Origin: an uncultured Verrucomicrobiota bacterium
GTDB taxonomy: Bacteria; Verrucomicrobiota; Kiritimatiellia; CAIQIC01; Lenti-01
DNA length: 64,000 nt
Direction: 5' to 3'
NCBI GenBank assembly: GCA_937872095.1
Contig: CALMNW010000014.1
Location: forward strand, 112,799-176,798
The notes under the pieces were generated by a model. The model was given only the letters and a program-made list of their open reading frames with translations. It was not told the DNA's origin and ran no database searches. Of this stretch, positions 26,981-36,045 are shown in pieces. Within the stretch, counting starts at the first letter, position 1. Every line of letters begins with the position of its first letter. Both the position numbers and the translations under genes were made by a program.

Positions 26981-29215
26981 TCAGGCCGTTCCGAACGCCT
27001 CGCGCAACCGCTTGCGCAGCGTCGTGTTGCGGCGGCCGGCTTCGGCGTTGCGCACCGCGAGTCCCACGGCCTTTTCCGTGCCGACGAGCACCACCAGCTT
27101 CTTGCCGCGCGTGATCCCCGTGTAGAGCAGGTTGCGCTGCAGCATGACGTAGTGCTGCGTGTGCAGCGGCAGCACCACGCACGGATATTCGCTGCCCTGG
27201 CTCTTGTGCACCGTCACCGCGTAGGCCGGCGTCAGCTCGTCCAGTTCCTGGAAATCGTAGGCCACCTTGCGGTCGTCGAAGCGCACGACGAGTTCCTGCT
27301 CGTCCAGGTCCACCTTCACGACCAGGCCGATGTCGCCGTTGAAGACGTCCTTGTCGTAGTCGTTCTCCGTCTGCATGACGCGGTCGCCTTCGCGGAACTT
27401 CCACCCGAAGCGCTCGACGTCGGTCCCGCGCGGATTAAGCGCGGCCTGCATCGCCGCGTTCAGGTTGCGCGCGCCCAGCTCGCCCTTTTGCATCGGCGTC
27501 AAGATCTGCACGTCGTTCATCGGGTCGAACCGAAACCGCCGCGGAATGGCCTCGCACACCAGCTTGCGGATCAGCTCCACGCCGCGCTCCGGCGTTTCCG
27601 CCTTCACGAAGAAGAAATCCCCGCCGCCGGCCATGCTGTCGTCCTTGTCCGGCAGTTCGGGCATCTGGCCCGAATTGACCCGGTGCGCGTTGCGAACGAT
27701 CCGGCTGCCCGCGTCCTGGCGGAAGATTTCCGTCAGGCGGTAGACCGGCAGCGTGCCGGATTCGATGATGTCGCGCAAAACGCAGCCGGGGCCCACGGAC
27801 GGCAGCTGGTCGACGTCGCCCACCAGCACCAGCAGCCCGTTCCGCGGTACCGCGCGGAAAAGATGCACGGCGAGCTGGACGTCGATCATGCTCGTTTCGT
27901 CCACGATCAGCGCATCGGTTTCGAGCGGGTTGCGCACGTCGTGGCGGAACTTGCCGGTACCCGGCTCGAAGGCCAGCATCCGGTGGATGGTCTTGGCTTC
28001 CATCCCGGACAGCTCCGCCAGGCGCTTGGCCGCGCGGCCCGTCGGCGCGCACAGCATCAGGCGCAGCTTTTTCGCCGCGAGGACTTTCACCAACGAGCGC
28101 ACGAGCGTGGTCTTGCCCACCCCCGGCCCGCCCGTGATCACCAGCACCTTGTGGCGGAACGCCCCGAAAAAGGCCTGCTTCTGCCCCTCGGCCAGCGTCA
28201 TGCCAAGCTGCTTCTGCACCCACTCCGCGGCCGCCGGCAAATCGATTTTCGGGCACGGATGCGCCCCCTGGGCGATCTCCGCCAGGCGCCCCGCCACCTC
28301 GCGCTCGTCGCGATCCAGCACGGCCAGATACACCCACGGCTCGTTGTCCTCGCCGCTGCCGACGGTCAGCGCGCCGTTCTCTATTTCGGTCCGCAGCGCT
28401 TCTTCCATCGTCCCGAGCGGAATGCCCAGCATCTCCGCGGACTTGGCCAGCAGATCGTCGCGCGGATAGGCGCAGTGCCCCTGGTTCGACAGCTCCAGCA
28501 GGACGTAGGTCAGCCCCGCCCGCGCCCGCAGCACGGATTCCTTCTCGATCCCGAGCTTTTCCGCGATCTGGTCGGCGATCTTGAATCCGATGCCGTGGAT
28601 GTCGCGCGCGAGGCAGTACGGATCCAGGCGCACCTTGGCGATGGCCTGGTCGCCGTAGACCTTGTAGATGCGGAACGCGCGGCCCGTGCTCACGCCGTTC
28701 GCGAACAAAAAGCTCATGATCTCGCGGATGGTCTTCTGCGCCTTCCACGATTCCTTGATCTGCTGGCGGCGCAGCTTCCCGATGCCGTCCACCCGTTCCA
28801 GTTCCGCCGAGCGGTTTTCGATGACGTCCAGCACGCCCAGGCCGAACGCGTCCACCAGCTTCTTCGCGTAGACCGGCCCGATGCCCTTGATGAGCCCCGA
28901 ACCGAGGAATTTTTCGATGCCTTCGAGGGAATCGGGCACGACGGCCTCGAGGTGTTCGGCCAGGAACTGCCGGCCGTGCTTGCGGTCGATGTTCCACTTG
29001 CCCCGGGCCTTGATCCATTCCCCCACGTTGATCCGCGGCACTTTGCCGACCACGGCGACGGTCTCGCGGAAACCCCGCGCCTTCACCTTCAGGACGCAGA
29101 ACCCCGTTTCCTCGCTGTGGAACGTGATCAGCTCGACCAGCCCCTCGAGCGCTTCTTCTTTCGCCGGATCTGGAACCGACGTCCTGCGCGCGCCCTGTTC
29201 CCCGCTTCCGCGCAT
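26981..29215 (-). CDS. recD2: RecD2-type ATP-dependent DNA helicase (RecD/TraA family)
   Basis: Walker A ITGGPGVGKTT, motif II LIVDETSMID, Ia CAPTGRAAKRL, C-terminal VTVHKSQGSEYPCVVL and LLYTGITRGKK. N-terminal region like RecD2 of Deinococcus-type enzymes. Confidence 0.92.
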   Translation of the reverse strand: MRGSGEQGARRTSVPDPAKEEALEGLVELITFHSEETGFCVLKVKARGFRETVAVVGKVPRINVGEWIKARGKWNIDRKHGRQFLAEHLEAVVPDSLEGIEKFLGSGLIKGIGPVYAKKLVDAFGLGVLDVIENRSAELERVDGIGKLRRQQIKESWKAQKTIREIMSFLFANGVSTGRAFRIYKVYGDQAIAKVRLDPYCLARDIHGIGFKIADQIAEKLGIEKESVLRARAGLTYVLLELSNQGHCAYPRDDLLAKSAEMLGIPLGTMEEALRTEIENGALTVGSGEDNEPWVYLAVLDRDEREVAGRLAEIAQGAHPCPKIDLPAAAEWVQKQLGMTLAEGQKQAFFGAFRHKVLVITGGPGVGKTTLVRSLVKVLAAKKLRLMLCAPTGRAAKRLAELSGMEAKTIHRMLAFEPGTGKFRHDVRNPLETDALIVDETSMIDVQLAVHLFRAVPRNGLLVLVGDVDQLPSVGPGCVLRDIIESGTLPVYRLTEIFRQDAGSRIVRNAHRVNSGQMPELPDKDDSMAGGGDFFFVKAETPERGVELIRKLVCEAIPRRFRFDPMNDVQILTPMQKGELGARNLNAAMQAALNPRGTDVERFGWKFREGDRVMQTENDYDKDVFNGDIGLVVKVDLDEQELVVRFDDRKVAYDFQELDELTPAYAVTVHKSQGSEYPCVVLPLHTQHYVMLQRNLLYTGITRGKKLVVLVGTEKAVGLAVRNAEAGRRNTTLRKRLREAFGTA

Positions 29216-29228
29216 GGCGCCCCGGAAC

Positions 29229-30437
29229 CTAGCCCACCTTGATCTGGGCGAAGCCGCGCTTGCCGCTGCGGATGACGACGCCGTCCCGCGGTTCGATCTC
29301 CAGGCGGAAATCGGCCACCTTGTCGTCGCCGATCTTCACGGCGCCGGCCTGCACCAGGCGGCGGGCTTCGCTCGTGCTCGGCGCCAGCCCGGCCTTGACC
29401 ATCAGGTTCAGGATGCCGATCTTTTCCGCGGGCACAACCACTTCGGGAATGTCCGCCGGCAGCTGGTTCTGCGAAAACACGCGCGCGAATTCCGCGCTGG
29501 CCTCGGCGCCGGCGGCGTCTCCGTGGAACTTCGCCACGATGCGCCGGCCGAGTTCGTCCTTCACGTCGCGCGGATGCCGCGCGCCCGAAGCCACCGCCGC
29601 CTTCAGGACCGCGATCTCTTCTTCCGGCAGGCACAGCACGAGCGAGAAATAGCGCCACATCAGGTCGTCGCTCACGCTCATCGTCTTGCCGAAGGTATCC
29701 TTCGGCGTGTCGTTGACGGCGATGTAGTTGCCGAGGCTCTTGCTCATCTTGTTGACGCCGTCGAGGCCTTCCAGCAGCGGCATCGTCAGTACGATCTGCG
29801 GCTCCTGGCCGTGGACCTTCTGGATCTCGCGGCCGAGCAGCAGGTTGAAGAGCTGGTCGGTGCCGCCGATCTCGACGTCCGCCCGCACCATCACGGAATC
29901 GTACGCCTGCACCAGCGGATACAGGAATTCCACCAGCGAGATCGGCTGGTTCGCCGCGTAGCGCTTGGAGAAATCGTCGCGCGCCAGCAGCTGCGCCACC
30001 GTCACGTGCGCGCTCAGCCGGATCACCTTGTCGAACGTCATCGGCCCGAACCATTCGGAGTTGAAGTGCACTTCGGTGCGCGCCGGGTCCAGGATCTTGA
30101 ACATCTGGTCCTGATAGCTCTTGGCGTTCTCCAGCACCTGCTCGCGGGAAAGCTGGGGACGCGTCGCGGACTTGCCCGACGGATCGCCGATCATGCCCGT
30201 GAAGTCGCCGATGATGAAGACCACCGTATGGCCGCAGTCCTGGAAATCGCGAAGCTTGTTCAGCGCCACGCAATGGCCCAGGTGCAGATCCGGCGCCGAC
30301 GGATCCGCACCCATCTTGATGCGCAACGGCTTGTTCTCCGCGATGGACTTCGCCAAGCGGGTTTTCAGTTCTTCCGCGCTGTGGAGATCCACCCGGCGCG
30401 CGGTGATTTTCGCGAATTGCTGTTCGAGCGTCATCAT
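29229..30437 (-). CDS. tyrS: Tyrosine--tRNA ligase
   Basis: HIGH motif (PDLHLGHCV), KMSKS, C-terminal S4-like domain. Confidence 0.95.
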   Translation of the reverse strand: MMTLEQQFAKITARRVDLHSAEELKTRLAKSIAENKPLRIKMGADPSAPDLHLGHCVALNKLRDFQDCGHTVVFIIGDFTGMIGDPSGKSATRPQLSREQVLENAKSYQDQMFKILDPARTEVHFNSEWFGPMTFDKVIRLSAHVTVAQLLARDDFSKRYAANQPISLVEFLYPLVQAYDSVMVRADVEIGGTDQLFNLLLGREIQKVHGQEPQIVLTMPLLEGLDGVNKMSKSLGNYIAVNDTPKDTFGKTMSVSDDLMWRYFSLVLCLPEEEIAVLKAAVASGARHPRDVKDELGRRIVAKFHGDAAGAEASAEFARVFSQNQLPADIPEVVVPAEKIGILNLMVKAGLAPSTSEARRLVQAGAVKIGDDKVADFRLEIEPRDGVVIRSGKRGFAQIKVG

Positions 30438-30444
30438 GGGGCGG

Positions 30445-31461
30445 CTACTCGACTTCCACGTTCCAGCCGTGCGCGTCCGGCAGCTCGCCGTACTGGATGC
30501 CCTGCACCGCGCTGTACAGCTTCTGCAGCACCGGGCCGCAGCCGGTTTCGGGACCGGTCTTGTAGACCTTCCCCGCCCGTTCGATCTGGCACACCGGCGT
30601 CACCACCACGGCGGTGCCGCACGCGGCCACTTCGGCAAAGTTCGTCACTTCGTCGAACGCCACGGGCCGCACCTCCACCGGGATGCCGGCGTCCTTGGCC
30701 AGCTGCTGCAGCGTCAGGTTCGTGATGCTGGGCAGGATGGACGGGGACTTCGTCGTCACGTAGGTGCCGTCTTTGGTGATCGCCAGGAAGTTGCTCGTCG
30801 CAAACTCGTCGATCCACTTGTGCTCCTTGGCGTCGAGATAGAGCTCCACGGGGTAGCCCATCTTCTTCGCCAACTGATGCGGATAGAGTCCGGCGACGTA
30901 GTTGCCGCCGATCTTGATGTTCCCGGTGCCCTGGGGCGCCGCGCGGTCGTACTCGTCGAACACGACGGCTTTCACCGCCTGCAGGCCGCCCTTGTAGTAG
31001 GCGCCCACGGGCGTCACCAGCACCAGGAACGTGTATTCGTCCGCCGGGGCCACGCCGATCTGTTCGCCGCTGCCGAACAGCAGCGGCCGCACGTACATCG
31101 AGCCACCCGTTCCGTAGGGCGGCACGAACTCGAGATTGGCCTTCACCACGCGCTTGCACGCGTCCACGAACATCTCCGTCGGCACTTCGGCCATGCAAGT
31201 CCGCCGCGCCGTGGCTTGCATCCGCTTCGCGTTTTCTTCCGGCCGAAACAGGCTCACCTGGCCGTCCTTGCGCCGGAAGGCCTTGAGCCCCTCGAACGCC
31301 GCCTGGCCGTAGTGCAGCGCCGTCGCGGCGATATGGATCGGCATATAGGGCGACGTCACCAGTTCGCCGCCGTCCCATTTGCCGTCTTTCCACACGTAGC
31401 GCACGTGGCAGTTCGTGTCCATGTACGCAAAACCCAGGCTCTTCCAGTCGATGTTCTTCAT
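30445..31461 (-). CDS. ilvE: Branched-chain amino acid aminotransferase
   Basis: Fold-type IV PLP signatures (EGLKAFR, GTGGSMYVRP, VTPVCQIERAGKVY). Confidence 0.93.
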   Translation of the reverse strand: MKNIDWKSLGFAYMDTNCHVRYVWKDGKWDGGELVTSPYMPIHIAATALHYGQAAFEGLKAFRRKDGQVSLFRPEENAKRMQATARRTCMAEVPTEMFVDACKRVVKANLEFVPPYGTGGSMYVRPLLFGSGEQIGVAPADEYTFLVLVTPVGAYYKGGLQAVKAVVFDEYDRAAPQGTGNIKIGGNYVAGLYPHQLAKKMGYPVELYLDAKEHKWIDEFATSNFLAITKDGTYVTTKSPSILPSITNLTLQQLAKDAGIPVEVRPVAFDEVTNFAEVAACGTAVVVTPVCQIERAGKVYKTGPETGCGPVLQKLYSAVQGIQYGELPDAHGWNVEVE

Positions 31462-31474
31462 GTCCGTATTCCTC

Positions 31475-32638
31475 TCAAAATCCTCTCAGGCTCCGCGCCG
31501 TCGCGGGGCTCGTCAGCAAATCCTGCGCCACGCGGCGCGCGATCGCCTCGATCTCGTCGTCCGACAAGATGCCGGCCGCGGCGGCCGCCGACGCCGGGGC
31601 CGCCGACACGCCGCTGGGCTTGACGTTGGCGGGCACGCCCATGGCCGCCGCCTGGCACATCGTCACCGCCGCCACGCCGACGATGTCGTCGGCGCTGCAG
31701 CCGCGCGACAGGTCGTTCAGCGGCTTGGCCAAACCCTGCAGGATCGGGCCCAGCGCGATCGCGCCTCCCAGCCGTTCTACCAGCTTCACCGAAATGTTGC
31801 CGGCCTGCAGGTCGGGGAACACCAGGATGTTGGCCGCGCCCTTCAACGGACTGTCCGGCGCCTTCTGCGCCGCCACGTGCGGCACGATCGCCGCATCCGT
31901 CTGCAATTCGCCGTCCACCACCATCTCGGGGTCGAACTTCGCGGCCAGCCCTTTCGCGATCTGGGTGGCCTTGGCCACCTTGTCCACCAGCTCGTGCTTG
32001 GCGCTGCCGCGCGTCGAAAAGCTCAGCATCGCGACCCGCGGCGGCGTGCCGATCAGCGCCCGGTGCGTCTGGGCCGTCGACATCGCGATTTCCGCGAGCT
32101 GTTCCGCCGTCGGATTCGGGTTCACGCCGCAATCCGCGAACAGCATCGTGTTCTCGCCCGCGATCGTCGGCGCCTTCAGCCGCAACAAAAAGCAGCTGCT
32201 GGCGGTCTGGATGCCCGGCGCCGTGCCCACGCAGTGGAACGCCGCCCGCAGCATGTCCGGCGTCGAAGCGATGCTGCCGGCCACCATGCCCGAGGCATAG
32301 CCCGTCTCGATCATGATGGCGCCGACGTACAGGCGGCTCTTCATGGCTTGGCGAGCCTGTTCCTCGGTCATGCCCTTGGCGGCCCGCTTGCGATGGTAGG
32401 CCGCCACCAGCTCGTCGAAACAAGGCGGAGCCGTCGGATCGATGACCTCGAAGCCGGACGACGTCACGCCCGCGGCCGCGCAAGCCTGCTGCGCTTCGGC
32501 CGGCGTGGCCAGCACGGACACGCGCGCGAACCCGCGGCGCGCGATTTCCGCCGCCGCCTTCATCACGCGCGGGTCCTGGCCTTCCGGCAACACCACGCTG
32601 CCGCCGTATCTTTTGGCACGCTGGATCAACAATTCCAT
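31475..32638 (-). CDS. pta: Phosphate acetyltransferase / phosphotransacylase family protein with C-terminal Ala-rich extension
   Basis: PTA_PTB domain ([43 protein letters not shown]) plus about 60 aa of extra C-terminal sequence. Confidence 0.82.
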   Translation of the reverse strand: MELLIQRAKRYGGSVVLPEGQDPRVMKAAAEIARRGFARVSVLATPAEAQQACAAAGVTSSGFEVIDPTAPPCFDELVAAYHRKRAAKGMTEEQARQAMKSRLYVGAIMIETGYASGMVAGSIASTPDMLRAAFHCVGTAPGIQTASSCFLLRLKAPTIAGENTMLFADCGVNPNPTAEQLAEIAMSTAQTHRALIGTPPRVAMLSFSTRGSAKHELVDKVAKATQIAKGLAAKFDPEMVVDGELQTDAAIVPHVAAQKAPDSPLKGAANILVFPDLQAGNISVKLVERLGGAIALGPILQGLAKPLNDLSRGCSADDIVGVAAVTMCQAAAMGVPANVKPSGVSAAPASAAAAAGILSDDEIEAIARRVAQDLLTSPATARSLRGF

Positions 32639-32711
32639 AAAGGCGGCATGCTAATCTTCCCTCCGCGCCCCGTCCAGCAAAACCAGCCAATCCCCCCGTC
32701 CCGCCAGCGGG

Positions 32712-33866
32712 TTACTTCAATTCGTCCAGCAGCGCCAGCAAGGCGTTCCGGCTGGCGGCGGCACCGTAGCGCTCTACGCACCGCGCGCGCGCCCGCTCGC
32801 CCATCTCGCGCGCGGCCGGCGGATCGGTAAAAATCGCCTCCAACGCCTGCGCCACGGCGTCCGGACGCCCCGGCGCAACCAGATGGCCGCAATCCGCCAG
32901 CACTTCCGGCAGATCGGACACGGCGCTGGCTACGATCGGCTTGCCCATCGCCATGGCTTCGAACACCTTGCACGGCATCTGACTGCGCGCCATCACGCCG
33001 TCGGTCAGCGGCACGATCAGCGCGTCGCCCAAGCCCAAATAGAGCGGCATGTCGCGATGGATCCGCTGCGTGCTCGCGGCATCCGTCGCCGGGCACCGGA
33101 TGAATCGGCCGTACTCGGGATGATGCATCAGTTCGCGCACATAGTCGTCCTGCGGGCCGAGAATCAGAATCCGCGCCGCCACTCCTTCCAGACGCGCCAG
33201 GGCCGCGGCATACGCTTCGAGCCCTTTGTGCGGCCGCGCCACGCCGCCGAACACCAACAGCTTTTCATCCTGCAAGCCCAATTCATGCTTCAGCGCCGCG
33301 ACCGCCGCCGGATCCTGCGGCCGGAACCGGTCCGTATCCACGCCCACATGGAATATCCGGCAACCGAACTTGCGTTCGAGGAAACGCGTGGTACCCAGCC
33401 GCACGTCGCACTTCGGCAAGAGCCGCTCCACCCGCGGCACGTAGACGTCGTCGCCGGGATGCATCCAGTCCCGGCTCCAATGCCCCAGCCGTTCGCCGAA
33501 GCTCCACGAGGCGGACGTCGCGCCGTCCCATTCGTCCAGATACGCCACCACGCGGCAGCCCCGCTCCCGCTTGGCGCGCAGCGCCGCCGGCAAGGTGGTG
33601 CCGAACGCCTTCATCGAGATGACGACGTCGCCCCGGATCGCGCGAGACAACTTGCGGACTTCGCGGAAATACTCCGGAAAGCGATAGATCTTCGGACAGT
33701 CCACGGCGCGATAGGCGAATTCGCCGGAATACATCGCGTTGGCCCCGCCCCACAGGCGCGGACCGACGATTTCGACTTCGTGTTCGCCGACGATGTACTT
33801 CGCGAAGCGCGCGGCGATGCCGACGATGGGCCAGCCCAGATCCGGCACGAGAAACGTCACCTTCAC
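32712..33866 (-). CDS. GT4 family (GT-B) glycosyltransferase
   Basis: C-terminal KVFEAMAMGKPIVASAVSDLPEVLADCGHLV (EX7E). The 789-aa track ORF is about 405 aa of Arg/Gly-rich wrong-frame sequence plus this domain; the true start GTG 33866 (VKVTFLVPDLGW) overlaps the upstream stop as GTGA. Confidence 0.8.
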   Translation of the reverse strand: MKVTFLVPDLGWPIVGIAARFAKYIVGEHEVEIVGPRLWGGANAMYSGEFAYRAVDCPKIYRFPEYFREVRKLSRAIRGDVVISMKAFGTTLPAALRAKRERGCRVVAYLDEWDGATSASWSFGERLGHWSRDWMHPGDDVYVPRVERLLPKCDVRLGTTRFLERKFGCRIFHVGVDTDRFRPQDPAAVAALKHELGLQDEKLLVFGGVARPHKGLEAYAAALARLEGVAARILILGPQDDYVRELMHHPEYGRFIRCPATDAASTQRIHRDMPLYLGLGDALIVPLTDGVMARSQMPCKVFEAMAMGKPIVASAVSDLPEVLADCGHLVAPGRPDAVAQALEAIFTDPPAAREMGERARARCVERYGAAASRNALLALLDELK

Positions 33867-35143
33867 GACGGCTTCTCCCGCAGGGCCTGCGCCAGCGCCC
33901 GACCGCCCGCGAAGGCGCGATCGGACCAGATGTATTCCCAAGAACCAAACAAGCCGGTCGTCTCGATGCCGCGGCCGCGCAGCCAATCGCGCACGTGCCG
34001 AACCGCCGCCGCGCGGTCCAGATCGGAGACCACGTAGGAGCGCGAATAGTGCCGGATTTCCGCGGCTATCACCGCGGACGCCGGGAATTTCAGCAGCCGG
34101 CCCAGATCGGCCATGGCTTTCTCCAGCAGCGCCTCCTCGTTTGGCCGTGCCGACTGCGGCAGGAAGACTTCGGCCTGGATGGGTGTCCGGCCAATGCACT
34201 CGCCCGACAACGAAAACGGGAACGAGACGCGCGATATTTCGATGTCCGGATCGTAGACGTAGAACCAGTTCGCCGGGCTCAGGGTTTCGCGCTCCACGAC
34301 GAGGTTCACGCAGTACTGCCGCAAAGCGCGCAGTTTCGCCGCCGCCGCGCGCACGTCGGCCGTGGCGTCGGGAATCATCTCGGCCAGTTCCGGCAGCGGG
34401 ATCGTCGAAACAAGCGCGTCGTAGCCTTCTTCCGTCCCGTCCGCGAACGTCACGGTCCGTTGGGCGGCATCCACCCGCGCGGCCCGCTTGTTCAGGCGCA
34501 CGTCCACGCCGTCGGCCAGATGCGCCAGCATCGCGAAGAATCCGCCGCGGCGCGGATAGCGGAACGTGCGGAACACCGCCTGTTTTTCCTCCACGGCCCC
34601 CTGGGCGCCGGCGACGATGTTCGCCACCTGCGACGGCAACAGGCGTCCGCCCAGCCAATCGGTCGCCAGTTCGGCCATCGGCACGTGCCAATATTTCGCC
34701 GTGTAGAGGCGATAGAAGTTTTCGAGCAGGAAATCGCCGTACTGGAACCGGCACCATTCCTCGTAGTTTTTCGGCTCGCGCCCGCGGTATTTCTCCTGCG
34801 CCGCGAGGAAATCCGCCAGCGCGGCCTCGCGGTCGGCTTTCGGCAGATCGAACAGATGGTTCTGAACGGGATAGGCGAACCAGCGGCCCGCCTTGTGGTT
34901 CAGCACGGTGCTTTTCGTCATCTCGTGCAGCGGCGCCGCCGCGGTCACGAGTTTCAGCCAGGTTTCGTCCTGCGAATGGCAAATGTGCGCGCCGCGGTCG
35001 AACCAGGCTCCGCCGAATTCGTGCGACCGCGCATGCCCGCCGGGCTCGCCGTCGGCCTCGAACACCCGGCAGCCCGGCCAATGCCGCGCAAAACCCAGTC
35101 CGGCCAGCCCCGCCCCCAATACGACCACGTGGCGCTCGCTCAT
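33863..35143 (-). CDS. FAD/NAD(P)-binding oxidoreductase (amine-oxidase / UDP-galactopyranose-mutase-like superfamily)
   Basis: Rossmann dinucleotide motif VVVLGAGLAGLGFA about 10 aa from the start, then FEADGEPGGHARS. Track start trimmed to ATG 35143 (MSERHVVVLG), AGGAGA RBS; ATGA overlap with the SDR gene stop. Confidence 0.7.
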   Translation of the reverse strand: MSERHVVVLGAGLAGLGFARHWPGCRVFEADGEPGGHARSHEFGGAWFDRGAHICHSQDETWLKLVTAAAPLHEMTKSTVLNHKAGRWFAYPVQNHLFDLPKADREAALADFLAAQEKYRGREPKNYEEWCRFQYGDFLLENFYRLYTAKYWHVPMAELATDWLGGRLLPSQVANIVAGAQGAVEEKQAVFRTFRYPRRGGFFAMLAHLADGVDVRLNKRAARVDAAQRTVTFADGTEEGYDALVSTIPLPELAEMIPDATADVRAAAAKLRALRQYCVNLVVERETLSPANWFYVYDPDIEISRVSFPFSLSGECIGRTPIQAEVFLPQSARPNEEALLEKAMADLGRLLKFPASAVIAAEIRHYSRSYVVSDLDRAAAVRHVRDWLRGRGIETTGLFGSWEYIWSDRAFAGGRALAQALREKPS

Positions 35144-36045
35144 GGAACCGTCTCCTGGCACAACGCGTCGATGCCCTGCTCCCACGAGATCCGCGCGCGC
35201 CAGCCGAATCGATCGGCGGCCGCCGAGGAATCGGCGTACTGCTCTTGCGGTTCGTCCGGGCGCATGGGCCGCGCCCCGAACCGGAACAATTCTTGGGCGT
35301 TCGTCTGGACGGCCATGCGCTCCAAGACGTCGCGCAGCCGCACCGGTTCGCCCCGGCCCAGATTGCAGACGGAAAAAGCCGGCTTCACGTCCGGCAAGCC
35401 CAGCGCGGCCGCCGCAATGCCCGCCGCCACGTCGTCCACGTGGACGAAATCGCGGAATTGAAGACCCTCGGAAAAATCGCCCGGCGTCCGCTCCCGCGCG
35501 CAGCGCAGCGCGTACGGAATCGCCATGTTGCCCCCCTGCCCCGGGCCATAGACGACGAACGGCCGCAACCAAACGGCCTGCCGCCCCGCGCCGCGCGCCC
35601 AGACTTCCAGCGCCCGGCCCGCCGCATGCTTGGCCTGTCCGTAAGCGGACAATTTCACGCCCGGCGCCATGTCCTCGCGCAACCGGCCTTCAAGCTCTCC
35701 GTACTCCTCGGCGCTGCCCAGCCCCACGACGCCCGTCAGTCCTCTCTGCCCCAGCAGCCGCGCAAACGTCCGCAAGGACTCCTGCTGAGCGTCCGCATTG
35801 CCCCGGTCGAGGCTCCAGGCCAAATGGACCAAAAGCCAATCCCCGGCGAAAGCCGGCATTTCGCGGTCCAGATCCACTTGACGATATGCGACGCCGGACG
35901 GCCAGCCGCCCGGATCCGGAACGCGATCGAGCGCGAGCGTTTTCACCCCCGCTTGCGCCAGCCGCGCCACCACCCGCCGCCCGATAAAGCCCGCGGCCCC
36001 GGTCACCGCCACGATCCGCGGAAAGCTGGACAACGTTTCCGTCAT
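35140..36045 (-). CDS. NAD-dependent nucleotide-sugar epimerase/reductase (extended SDR)
   Basis: IVAVTGAAGFIGRRV (GxxGxxG), catalytic YGQAK (YxxxK). Track start trimmed to ATG 36045 (MTETLSSFPRIVAV); ATGA overlap with the upstream stop. Confidence 0.8.
   Translation of the reverse strand: MTETLSSFPRIVAVTGAAGFIGRRVVARLAQAGVKTLALDRVPDPGGWPSGVAYRQVDLDREMPAFAGDWLLVHLAWSLDRGNADAQQESLRTFARLLGQRGLTGVVGLGSAEEYGELEGRLREDMAPGVKLSAYGQAKHAAGRALEVWARGAGRQAVWLRPFVVYGPGQGGNMAIPYALRCARERTPGDFSEGLQFRDFVHVDDVAAGIAAAALGLPDVKPAFSVCNLGRGEPVRLRDVLERMAVQTNAQELFRFGARPMRPDEPQEQYADSSAAADRFGWRARISWEQGIDALCQETVP

Noticed and set aside
26870-29242. 790-aa plus-strand ORF antisense to recD2
   Set aside because: No motifs, His/Arg/Gln/Leu-rich; recD2 on the opposite strand has all SF1 helicase motifs.
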